From NCBI GenBank assembly GCA_963846575.1, contig CAWJWJ010000002.1:2829916-2893915 (forward strand): a DNA stretch of 64,000 bases, written 5' to 3'. The DNA comes from an uncultured Nitrospiraceae bacterium (GTDB lineage: Bacteria; Nitrospirota; Nitrospiria; Nitrospirales; Nitrospiraceae). This document shows, piece by piece, positions 51,057 to 60,739 of the stretch; the stretch's first letter is position 1; every line of letters begins with the position of its first letter. A program made the translations under genes and the position numbers. The notes beneath the pieces are model-generated. The model was not told where the DNA came from and did not search any database. It saw only the letters and a list, made by a program, of their open reading frames with translations.

Positions 51057-52309
51057 GAATCACCGTAGGGAATTATGACCCAGTTTGTTTCCACGGCGAC
51101 AATTCCTCCGGCTTGCGAGTTGCTCGTTCTTTCGTCGAACACATTCAACGAATGCATTTGCCAGTGAAAATCGTAGACATAAGACCAGTCGGTCGGATAA
51201 ATCCCGACATTGATGAAATAAGAGCCGGGCAACAATGGCAGTTGTTTGAGATGACATCGAATGGAACTGCGGGAGGTGATCTTGCCCAACGTTCCTTGGA
51301 CCGAGGAAATGGTGGCCTCAAAGCATTTGACATGAGCGTCGCTAAAAATACCGAGAGTGAGTGCGAAGTCGTCAATTGAAGGGGGCAAGCCGATCTCCAG
51401 GTGTACCATGATTCCTTCGCCACTGCGTACGGTTTCTACTGGGTGACCGTCCCGGTTAACTAACTGGACTGCTGCAATCGTAGCTTCCTGTGTTCCCTGC
51501 CTGCTCCCGGTGTGAGCCACGAGTGATCGCGTGCGACCACCCGGAATTTGAGCCGCTCGACGTTCCGTTCGCTGGCGCATGAGGTCATGATAGCAAGCGA
51601 TGGCGCTCTTGGGATCGCCCTGCATAACTGCGCGCCCTTCTTCAAGCACAAGTACTTCATCGCATAGTCTGTGGATCTGGTCCGTATCGTGCGAGGTGAT
51701 GACGAGCGTCTTTCCGGACGCTCGGAACGCCGCAATGCGGTCGAGGCATTTCTGTTGAAACCGCTCATCCCCGACGGACAACACTTCGTCGATAATTAGA
51801 ATCGCAGGATCAAACTCGACTGATGCGGCAAATGCGAGACGGAGATACATGCCGCTGGAATAGGTGCGAACCGGTTGGTCGATAAAATCCTCCAATTCCG
51901 AAAAGGCGATGATGCCTTGTTCTCTGGCCTTGACCTCCGATGCCAAGAGCCCGTTAAGGATACCAACCGTCATGAGATTTTGTCGTCCGGTCAACTCGCC
52001 ATGAAAACCGCCCCCTAGCTCCAGGATCCCGCTCACATAACCACCGGACTCGATACGGCCTGACGTGGGTCGACCAAGACCGCAGAGCAGCCTCAGAAGC
52101 GTACTCTTCCCAGCACCGTTATGGCCGATAATGCCGAAGACCCGCCCCTGCTCAATGGTGAACGTGACGTCGCGCAAAGCCCACATCGTACTCGCCGAGT
52201 CCTGCCGACCCTGTAACCATCGGTCGATGGTTTCGCGAATAGTGGTCACTTTATGGCGGGAGATGCGGTAGCGCTTCGACAATGCTGTGACCGTCATAGC
52301 TGCTTGCAT
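51053..52309 (-). CDS. wzt: Wzt ABC ATPase with Wzt_C domain
   Basis: GHNGAGKST, YSSGM and DEVLSVGD; adjacent to wzm. Confidence 0.92.
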   Translation of the reverse strand: MQAAMTVTALSKRYRISRHKVTTIRETIDRWLQGRQDSASTMWALRDVTFTIEQGRVFGIIGHNGAGKSTLLRLLCGLGRPTSGRIESGGYVSGILELGGGFHGELTGRQNLMTVGILNGLLASEVKAREQGIIAFSELEDFIDQPVRTYSSGMYLRLAFAASVEFDPAILIIDEVLSVGDERFQQKCLDRIAAFRASGKTLVITSHDTDQIHRLCDEVLVLEEGRAVMQGDPKSAIACYHDLMRQRTERRAAQIPGGRTRSLVAHTGSRQGTQEATIAAVQLVNRDGHPVETVRSGEGIMVHLEIGLPPSIDDFALTLGIFSDAHVKCFEATISSVQGTLGKITSRSSIRCHLKQLPLLPGSYFINVGIYPTDWSYVYDFHWQMHSLNVFDERTSNSQAGGIVAVETNWVIIPYGDS

Positions 52310-52318
52310 ACGTCGCTC

Positions 52319-53085
52319 CTAGACCGTGTCCACGACTTCGGGGAGATCATGGCGATATACTAGATACCCACACACCAGCAAGACGACACTCACTGCCGTA
52401 ATGTGCGCCCAAGCATCCCACGCAGGCAGGCGCCCTTAAAGAGAACACTCCGATAGCAGGAAATCAGCACCGCTAGAGGATTGACCTGAAAGATGACGGC
52501 ATATTTGGACTCCACCACCGGCCGGTAGAAAATCGGGGTAAGGAAAAACAGTAAGGAGAGGATGATGTTCACAAGTTGGGCGACATCCCGATAAAACACG
52601 TTCCATGTCGAAACTAAGAGACTCAAGCCCACGATCATGACGGCATGGATGACCAGAAGGGCAGGCAGTGCGACAAGGCTCACCGTCACACTGCGTTGAT
52701 ACCAGGCAAGCAGGATAAACAGGAGCGGAAGACTCAGGAGAAAGGTGACTAAATTTGAGAGCGTATTTACGACGATCAGGATGACGGGCTGAAAGTTGGG
52801 TCGACGTACGAGGTCACGGTGACTGAAAAACAGCGGTCCTGTTGACGCAAGACAGCTACTGAACCATGTCCACGGCAGGAGTGCGCTATACACGAACGCG
52901 GGGTAATCGTCGATGTTCACCGGGACAACACTGCCAAACGTAAACACAATAACCCCAAGCTGAGCCATTGGTATCAGCAATGACCATACCACACCCAAAA
53001 GAGAGCCCGAGTACCGGATACGAAAGTCTCTGGCCACGAGGTGACCAATCAAACTCCAATTAATGACCGACAACAGGGCCTCCAA
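52319..53085 (-). CDS. wzm: Wzm ABC-2 permease, with a frameshift near the 3' end (~52430)
   Basis: RDFRIRYSGSLLG..WSLL.P, YRDV, FFLTPIFY and NPL. The last TM (..VYRHDLPEVVDTV*) lies in another frame. Confidence 0.88.
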
Positions 53086-53112
53086 TTTTGCTCGTGTGAA
53101 AGCGACTTCTAG

Positions 53113-56100
53113 TTATTCCATCGCGTTTCTCATCACTCTCATTTTTACTTTCAATCGATCCCATAGCACGTGGAACGTGTGACGGAGGGATAGCTTGCCA
53201 CTACCGTATTCGAAGTCCGACGGTTCGCTGCCCAATTCCACTTGCACATTGGTCAGGTCGAAATCGAATGGCTGATCGTATGGCAGCTTAAGAAGAATTC
53301 GTGACTGATGCCCGCGGCGAACCTCTGTCTCCTGAATAGCTGGGCACATCACCGTGCAATTCCATCGTGCAAACTCCGAAGCGACCTCGATACGATGATC
53401 GGGCCAATCAAGCTGACGCCCGTCGCCGAGTAGATATCGCCCGCCCGCGATAATCCAGCTTTGTATGGCATTGAGCCGAGAGACTCCAGAGATGGTAATG
53501 CTTTGACCAGACAGCAGTAATGCCGAGGGAATAGTGAATTCAATCGCGAACCAGGAGCCTGCCTTGGTATATCCGTCATTTTCTATATGCAGAAATGTTT
53601 TGCCGAATGGCAGTTGCCGGCCGTCGGTTGTCCACTTGCGCTGTTCGAGACGGCACGATACCTGGCGCCCGTCATAACAAAGCACACAGCCGGGAATGAC
53701 ATCCCGAAACGTGTAGGTATTATGTGGTCCGCTTTGACTCGGGCCCAATCCTGGCCAATGACGGAAATCTCCATTCGACACCAGATTTCTTCTGTTTCTC
53801 GAACGGTGTTGATGTTTGGATGTGTGTACCTGCGTGGCGATGTACTGAACGCGTTGTTCAATGGTCCATAAGTAATCGTGAAGCCGCTGAAACTCCTTGG
53901 CCTGTTCCATTTTTGAACTGTGATGCAGTTCCCCCAGGGTCAGGAGTTCAGCCAATGACAGACCGGCTCCAGAATCAAGATCGGTTCTGAGCGCATCATT
54001 CAAAAGATCAATTCGTGAAGAGTGGTGTTGATCTTTCTGTGCGTGCACTGAATTCCCATAAATGCCTGTGGTGGTATTGGTCCGATGATGATAATTCGCC
54101 AGCGGATCAGGGATCACATCGACATCGAAGTGTTGCAGCAGACGAAGATGGAACTCCCAGTCACCCAGCGGTCCGTGCTGAGAGCGAAAGGGGCCGATGT
54201 GATCCATGGCCGCACGACGAAACAGGAACGAGATCGGCGGAAACCGGTTTTCTACGGCCATGTCGATTAGGGCCACATTATGGAGCTTGTCGTTGAACAC
54301 GAATCGATTGTGGACTTTCACCGCGCCGTCTTCGGACAGAGCTTCGACGATGACCCAGGACCAGGTGATCACTCCACCCAGCCGGGCGTTCCAGCTACGA
54401 TCATCCAGATGAGATACGGTGCGGGCCAGAAACGTGGGGTCCCAGGAATCGTCGTCGTCGTGGATGATGACGAAGTCGCTCTCGCAATGAGCAATGCCGG
54501 AATTGGAGGCGGATTGCATGCCCAGCGGCATCGGGTGGTGTACGACCAATATCCTGCCGGCCAAGTCCTCTCGCAGCTCATCCACAACCTTCTCAAGCCG
54601 TTCACAATCCCCGCCATCGTTGACGATCACCAATACCCAGTCCTTGAATGTTTGGGCCAACACGCTACGAATGGCCCGACGCAACAGCAGGGGGCGATCT
54701 TTGGTTCGCGTGATCACTGCCACCCGCCCGTAAGGCAGCGGGGCGTCGGGTTGACGAAGGGCCAGCGGCGAGGCCTCGCGTGAGGCGGCGCCAACCGTAG
54801 TCAGCGGCAATGTTGTGGAGAGTCCCTGTAGCAGCTGCACCAGATTGGCCTGATAACGCGGCAGCTTTTCCAGGTAGGGCCGGATATGTCGCCGTAGATT
54901 GGCGCTCTTATGAAGTTGTGTGCGTGGTCCGCGAAACATCGCGCTCTGGTCCATGCGGTACCAGAACAACGGGTCCGGAATACAGAGGATAGTGATACCT
55001 TCGAGCGAGGCGCGACAGAACAGCTCCCAGTCCTCGTGCGTGATACCGTAATCTTCCGTGAAACCTCCGAGTTTATCGAACGCGCGGCGCGCGTATAAGG
55101 CGTTGGCGTCTCCATAGCAGTTCGTGAAAATGCCCAATGCCGGATCCGCTCCGTAAGGAGTAAACCGGAGAGGCGGTGGCGCGTCATTCTCCAACGTCGC
55201 CTCATTATCGAAAACATCACAAAATGCCGTGATAATATCCGCGCCGGTCCGTTGCGCCATGGCGACGAAGGTGCTGAGTTCATGCGGCTTCGCCACGTTG
55301 TCATCGTCCATGAAGAGTAAATATTCTCCCGTCGCGTGCCGTGCCCCGAAATTTCTGGCCGCACCCAGGTAACGATTCTCCTGAAAGAGGATGCACCACC
55401 CCAACGGCTCTATTTCATCCTTGATCATGGCGAGTTCTTTCTGGACGTCGGGAGCCGGACTGCCGTCGTCCACCACGATCACTTCGAAATTGCGATAGGT
55501 CTGCTGTTTGAGCGATTGGAGCGCCATGCGTAATTTCTGCGGACGCGAGAAGTGTGTGATACAGACGCTTACCTTGGGTTGAGGCTCGCTCGGGGAGCTT
55601 AATGGAAGAGATGGCATGACGCTTTCATGGTCTGGAAAGATTCGCCCACCCTTCCAGAGCTGTGTAAGAGGCGAGATAGCAACAGTGAATTTCTGGGGTG
55701 GATTTCGTAGGAGCCGATTCACCGTCTGGAATATCTGCCCGGGGAGGAGACCGGCGTCTCGTTCTCTAATGGAGGGATGAGATTCGTCTGCTGCACCGAT
55801 ATGCAGAACGTTCTGGTGGCATCCCAGTATTAGGCGTGACCGAAGATGGTTACGCCGAGCCGTATTACAGACGATGATCCCCGGTCGGCCGGCAACGAAC
55901 GCGAGCTCATCCGCCAGAGAGAGGTCTCGTCTGATCGTCGTCTGTACACGCCAGCCTGAGCTCCGTAGGCGAATGTACGTTACCGCATCCACTCCACCTA
56001 CCGCTTGGCCAGCGCCTACAAAAATAATTTCCGTTGGCTCTTGCTTCGCAGATACCAAACGATCCACGACGTCACAGAAAAGCGGTAACCCTCCATCGGC

Positions 56101-56829
56101 GCCAAGAGGTCCCAAATAGATCAGTGCTGGTGATTCCGAAGCAGTTTCACCTTCCGAGACCACGGAGGGCGCAAGGGATACCGGCCACGTCAGGTCACAG
56201 CACCTGGCGTCAGAATTCAGGACGACTTTCTGGTCGTACCAATCCCAGGCTTTGGCATCGTGAATGTAGAGGATGTCTGCCCGTTCCACCGTACCTCGTT
56301 CCAGGAGATCTATGGCCAGGAGATCGGGATCATCGAGGAGCAAGTCCTGACACTCGCGGCGAAAGATGGTTCCCCCGACGACGTGAACGCAAAATAGGGT
56401 ACTGAGACAAAAGAGGCCGAGCCGCTTTGCCTGCGCCGGATAGTACACGTAGCCGTACCGGTCCAGGCAGTGCACCTCCTCGAATGCGCGTTCTTTCAAG
56501 AACTCGTAGACGTGATAGACGGCCTTATGCGCTGGAATGGCGAGGCAAGGGGTTATAGGATCCTTCAGTGGTTCAACCGTGACGTGCTTCAAGGTTTTGT
56601 CTGAGAAGAGGCCCTCGAAATTGACCCACCCGCTGATACTCTGTTCGACGGAGAGAATCGTTGCCTTCACGACTCGGGTTGGTGAAGCTGTGAGCAGTTG
56701 TTCCATCCTGGTCGCTGCGTAGAGCAGTAACTGAACGACATCTTCATCCTGAGCAGAGGAGTTATTCAGGGACGGCACAATGAAAGCCACCATTGTTGGT
56801 GATGGCTCCGGGGCTTGTGGGTCACTCAT
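53113..56829 (-). CDS. Multidomain glycosyltransferase (GT-B-like + 2x GT2 + coiled coil + CBM-like)
   Basis: Two GT2 sets (VDDGS/FMDDDN and VNDGG/IHDDDD); C-terminal NLVSNGDF...VQVELG. Confidence 0.85.
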   Translation of the reverse strand: MSDPQAPEPSPTMVAFIVPSLNNSSAQDEDVVQLLLYAATRMEQLLTASPTRVVKATILSVEQSISGWVNFEGLFSDKTLKHVTVEPLKDPITPCLAIPAHKAVYHVYEFLKERAFEEVHCLDRYGYVYYPAQAKRLGLFCLSTLFCVHVVGGTIFRRECQDLLLDDPDLLAIDLLERGTVERADILYIHDAKAWDWYDQKVVLNSDARCCDLTWPVSLAPSVVSEGETASESPALIYLGPLGADGGLPLFCDVVDRLVSAKQEPTEIIFVGAGQAVGGVDAVTYIRLRSSGWRVQTTIRRDLSLADELAFVAGRPGIIVCNTARRNHLRSRLILGCHQNVLHIGAADESHPSIRERDAGLLPGQIFQTVNRLLRNPPQKFTVAISPLTQLWKGGRIFPDHESVMPSLPLSSPSEPQPKVSVCITHFSRPQKLRMALQSLKQQTYRNFEVIVVDDGSPAPDVQKELAMIKDEIEPLGWCILFQENRYLGAARNFGARHATGEYLLFMDDDNVAKPHELSTFVAMAQRTGADIITAFCDVFDNEATLENDAPPPLRFTPYGADPALGIFTNCYGDANALYARRAFDKLGGFTEDYGITHEDWELFCRASLEGITILCIPDPLFWYRMDQSAMFRGPRTQLHKSANLRRHIRPYLEKLPRYQANLVQLLQGLSTTLPLTTVGAASREASPLALRQPDAPLPYGRVAVITRTKDRPLLLRRAIRSVLAQTFKDWVLVIVNDGGDCERLEKVVDELREDLAGRILVVHHPMPLGMQSASNSGIAHCESDFVIIHDDDDSWDPTFLARTVSHLDDRSWNARLGGVITWSWVIVEALSEDGAVKVHNRFVFNDKLHNVALIDMAVENRFPPISFLFRRAAMDHIGPFRSQHGPLGDWEFHLRLLQHFDVDVIPDPLANYHHRTNTTTGIYGNSVHAQKDQHHSSRIDLLNDALRTDLDSGAGLSLAELLTLGELHHSSKMEQAKEFQRLHDYLWTIEQRVQYIATQVHTSKHQHRSRNRRNLVSNGDFRHWPGLGPSQSGPHNTYTFRDVIPGCVLCYDGRQVSCRLEQRKWTTDGRQLPFGKTFLHIENDGYTKAGSWFAIEFTIPSALLLSGQSITISGVSRLNAIQSWIIAGGRYLLGDGRQLDWPDHRIEVASEFARWNCTVMCPAIQETEVRRGHQSRILLKLPYDQPFDFDLTNVQVELGSEPSDFEYGSGKLSLRHTFHVLWDRLKVKMRVMRNAME

Positions 56830-56986
56830 ACAATAGCTGTTGGCCTCCGTATATGGTGAATATCTCTTGCACGAGCTAATGCGGCTGACTCTATCTCATT
56901 TGAGAATACGTCACATGTGACGGGTATTGATTGTTTGCCCTGCAACCCACTCCAGTCTCTTTCACCCCGAACGCCAGTGAAATCAG

Positions 56987-59179
56987 TCAAGGGAATAGCC
57001 CAGGCTTTGCTTGAATGTCGATCTGTCCATCCTGAATCGGTCGAACGCTGTAATTGCCGTCAAACACCGGGTACACCAAATCGAACAAGCCTCGCCGTTT
57101 TGTGATTTGAAAACCATAATCGACTAGTGTGTCGACCGGCACTCTAAGGATGGTCACAAATACCCCCTCCCGCAGAATCATAGGGGTGTGCATGACTTTA
57201 TTACTAATGATCGTGCCGGCAGGCCACAGGGGATTGGGGGCGATATTCCAGCCGTTAAGGCCCCACACAAGGTGAACTTCTTTGGCCTCCAAGGATTGAT
57301 AGCGGATTTCCTGCGTCACCATTGCAAGGCTGACTTTGGAACGGACCTCCCTCACCCCGTCTGCGGTGAACCGCTCGTGGTAGTCCCCCTCGCAAAGAGG
57401 CCAGGTAATATCGAATGCACCACGTTTCTTCGTGATGAGAAAACAGTAGTCGACTGATGTACCTCTGGGAAGGGCCAGTTGGGCGATGAATGTATCATCT
57501 TGTCGGTTCATGGGTGTGTGCAACACATGGTTGTTCACCATTGTTCCAACCGGACGAAACACCTCGGGAGCAACTTGCCAGCCGTCGATGCCCCACACAA
57601 GAGACACTTCGCCGGCTTCGGGCATGACAAAGCGAAACCGTCTCCTGGCCAGCGGCCGTGATTCTGTCACGAGAGGTTCGGAAACCGTTTGGCGACCAGT
57701 GTCACTTCTTTCGGGAAAAGCCGCTTCTTCCGCCATGCGCGCGAATGGCATGATGCCGCTTTCCCGAAGCATTCTCAATTTGTCAAAACTGGTGTCCATC
57801 CATCGATATAAGTATTCACGATTCTTCTCGCCTACCTTGGTCACCGATTCTCCAGACCGCACGTCTTGATCGAATGCTCCGGCACCCTGGAGATACCAAT
57901 CGTGCCATCGGACTCCCTGGCTGGCATTCGCCGGGATGAGGAGGAACATTCCAACGACCAGAAGGCTTGGGATTACCTTTCGCGTGAGGTTCGATCCATA
58001 GAGTTCATAAACAAAGTAGGCAACGCAAAGGATGGGCACCGCAAAAAGGGAGTAACGGATAGGCCAGCTCCCTCCCCACAACGAAAGTACTTGTGCCCGT
58101 CCCCACCCAATGGCCAGGGCAGACAACAACAAATTTGCCGCGCAGATTGCGAGTCCCACAGCGCGGAAAGAGTTGGTGTCCTGCCGCATGAGAAGCTGAC
58201 GCGCGCCAGATAAAACGGCGGGCAGCAGACAGCAAATCGCTGCAAAGATGGACAGAAGCCAAGACATCCGTGCGGCCGGGCCGAAGCTTAGCGCGATAAA
58301 TTGCATGGCGGCATAGAGTGCGGCAAGTATACTCGGCGATTCGGCCCCATACGAGGGAGGTTCGTACTGAACGAAATATAGCCCGGACAATACCAGCGTC
58401 ACAAAGGAAGTGACCAACAAGTAGCAGCCTGTCCAGCTTCCCCCAGCGATGTTTTCACTGGCACGACCGGCTAGGATCGCAATCCCCCCACAGCCGATCC
58501 ACAACGCAAACAGCGGTGCATACAAGAGCCCATTCGCACCGCTTAACGGCAGCATGATAATGCAGACACCGGCTGCAATAGTTGGTCCGGCTGTACGAGG
58601 AAAACGACCGGCAACCACAATTACCATGACCGCGCAGAGCAGGGCCACGGGGAGGACCTGCGTAATTTGCCAAGTCCACAGCATATTCTCCGTATGCCCT
58701 AGATGGAGGAATGCGACCGGAAAGAACGCGTCCGCTACCCGCGCCTTACCGCCGCGAACATACCTCGCGGTTTCCATCATCGACAAGGCAATCGCACCGA
58801 GGACAAGGATATTGAATGCTCCTCCAACACGAAAATCACCCTGCCCCACATTGAGTAACGCAAGGAGAATGAGGCGCGGCACAGGGACACGGTGTTCGTT
58901 ATGCTGAGACCACAGCCATGTGCCGAGATGAGGTTCGTGGCCGGTGAGTGCTGGGACTAGCAACCAATCCTCGCTAAACGGCACGTTTCGACTGCCGTGG
59001 AACCAATTAACCAGCGCTACAATCACCATTCCCAGCCAGATGGTCAACACGAGAAGCCGCACTGATAAATTAGAGCGCCAGATTGCTGTATTGCCAGACG
59101 CCTGTTTCACCAAAGGAATTGTCAGAGGGAAATCTTTCCCGTGCACCATTGTTCCTTGCTCGTTGTTAGGTGACCCCAC
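56987..59179 (-). CDS. Polytopic membrane protein (GT-C-like, inferred) with two C-terminal CBM-like repeats
   Basis: About 11-12 TM helices; PFSEDW..WSQHNEHR in the first loop; two copies of EVxLVWGxxGW. The start is uncertain. Confidence 0.7.
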   Translation of the reverse strand: MGSPNNEQGTMVHGKDFPLTIPLVKQASGNTAIWRSNLSVRLLVLTIWLGMVIVALVNWFHGSRNVPFSEDWLLVPALTGHEPHLGTWLWSQHNEHRVPVPRLILLALLNVGQGDFRVGGAFNILVLGAIALSMMETARYVRGGKARVADAFFPVAFLHLGHTENMLWTWQITQVLPVALLCAVMVIVVAGRFPRTAGPTIAAGVCIIMLPLSGANGLLYAPLFALWIGCGGIAILAGRASENIAGGSWTGCYLLVTSFVTLVLSGLYFVQYEPPSYGAESPSILAALYAAMQFIALSFGPAARMSWLLSIFAAICCLLPAVLSGARQLLMRQDTNSFRAVGLAICAANLLLSALAIGWGRAQVLSLWGGSWPIRYSLFAVPILCVAYFVYELYGSNLTRKVIPSLLVVGMFLLIPANASQGVRWHDWYLQGAGAFDQDVRSGESVTKVGEKNREYLYRWMDTSFDKLRMLRESGIMPFARMAEEAAFPERSDTGRQTVSEPLVTESRPLARRRFRFVMPEAGEVSLVWGIDGWQVAPEVFRPVGTMVNNHVLHTPMNRQDDTFIAQLALPRGTSVDYCFLITKKRGAFDITWPLCEGDYHERFTADGVREVRSKVSLAMVTQEIRYQSLEAKEVHLVWGLNGWNIAPNPLWPAGTIISNKVMHTPMILREGVFVTILRVPVDTLVDYGFQITKRRGLFDLVYPVFDGNYSVRPIQDGQIDIQAKPGLFP

Positions 59180-59184
59180 GGCTG

Positions 59185-60729
59185 CTACCTCGCGTTCGGT
59201 GCCTGGGGACTGGAAGGACCGGATGATTTGTTCTCAGGACGAACCGGTATCGCTCCTGTGAGATGTCTCCACCACAGCCGAAACAGGACCATCATGTAAC
59301 CTCGGCCTACCTTGCCGAGGTGAAACGAGGACATGCCCATATCAGGTGTCCGGTTGATCCAGGAAATGGGCACCTCTTTGACGGAATACCCCATAAGCAG
59401 AGGTTGTAGTCCCGTTTCGGCATTCACGGCGAAGTGTGGCTGTGTCAGTTGAAGCTTCTCTACCACTTCGCGCCGCATCAACTTGAGATTATTGGTGAGA
59501 TCCCGGAACTGCCGCAAGAAAAGCATTTGCGCGAGTGCGTGAAAGGCGCGGTTAGCCAAGATTTTTTTAAAGGGATAATTGAGCAATACGCTATGGCGTG
59601 AAAAGCGACTGCCAATCACGACATCGTATCCCTGGGCCGCTGCATCGAAAAGATCCCTGAATTCAGGCAGGAGATGTTGAAAATCGCAGTCCATGGACAG
59701 GACGTACTGACCTGTGGCCGCTCGATACCCATCGGCAAGCGCTCTTCCCACCCCGTTCGGCGGAGTGCGGAAAACCGGCTTAATGCGTGAGTCGGCGCGT
59801 GCGAGGCGGCGGAGCACCTCAGCAGTGTGATCCCGGCTATTGTCCTCAATCGGAACGATCTCATGGAGATAGTCCCCGTATAGGGCTATTAATTGAGTCA
59901 CCAGGGACTCGACATTCATCTCCTCGTTGTGACAGGGAATCACGACGGAGATCGCGCGATGAAGTTGCGTATGTTCGCAAAGGGAACGAAGTGGCTTGGT
60001 GGTCGTACGAGGCGGCTTCTGGGCGTGCAGCAGGATTGAGCCGGCAAACGTTTGCACCCCCCTGGCATTCTCGAGAAGAATCGACATATTGCGGAGGAAC
60101 CAGATCAGCGAGCGGGTCAACGGTGCATACACGAAATCGTTGTAGCTGGCGAATACTCGAATGAATCCGACTTCCGACATCAACTCGTAGAGTACCGGAC
60201 GATTTAATAAGCGACGTGGATCATCGCCTCCGCATCGACGGCGCCAGAAGTGCTTGGCTCGCAAGGCGAGGTTCCATGGATTGCTTTCGTAGAAGACGAC
60301 TTGGCCGCCCGGGCGCAGCAACTCATAGATGTGTTGTAAAAACCAACCACAGTTACGTTGATCCAACAAATCCATCGCCACAATGAAATCATATTGTTTC
60401 CCCTGCAACGGACCTGGTAGTGCGGGGACGTGAAGAAACTCGACCTCGTCGGGTAAGGAGTCGGCACGGGTCTGGTGAGGCCGAAAAGTCACCGACGTGA
60501 CCGGATTCTCACCTCTCGACACGCGACAGAGGTGTGGCGTAAGCAATCCCCGCCCGCACCCCAGTTCCAAAATCGACTGATTGGGAAGGAGGTGGATAAT
60601 GTGCCGAAAGGTATGCGCGCGCCATAACAAGCGGTCTTGATAGATCGGGTCGCGATTCAAAAAATACTGGTCGCGGTATTCTTCCCTGAGGGCCAATGTG
60701 TCAATGCGAGTGTCACGCGGTTCGTCCAT
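59185..60729 (-). CDS. SAM methyltransferase fused to a polyprenol-P-sugar synthase-like GT2 (GtrB/DPM1-like)
   Basis: ILELGCGRG and LLRPGG; VIPCHNEE, EDNSRD, MDCDFQH and VIGSRF. Confidence 0.88.
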   Translation of the reverse strand: MDEPRDTRIDTLALREEYRDQYFLNRDPIYQDRLLWRAHTFRHIIHLLPNQSILELGCGRGLLTPHLCRVSRGENPVTSVTFRPHQTRADSLPDEVEFLHVPALPGPLQGKQYDFIVAMDLLDQRNCGWFLQHIYELLRPGGQVVFYESNPWNLALRAKHFWRRRCGGDDPRRLLNRPVLYELMSEVGFIRVFASYNDFVYAPLTRSLIWFLRNMSILLENARGVQTFAGSILLHAQKPPRTTTKPLRSLCEHTQLHRAISVVIPCHNEEMNVESLVTQLIALYGDYLHEIVPIEDNSRDHTAEVLRRLARADSRIKPVFRTPPNGVGRALADGYRAATGQYVLSMDCDFQHLLPEFRDLFDAAAQGYDVVIGSRFSRHSVLLNYPFKKILANRAFHALAQMLFLRQFRDLTNNLKLMRREVVEKLQLTQPHFAVNAETGLQPLLMGYSVKEVPISWINRTPDMGMSSFHLGKVGRGYMMVLFRLWWRHLTGAIPVRPENKSSGPSSPQAPNAR

Positions 60730-60739
60730 CCCAGGATCC

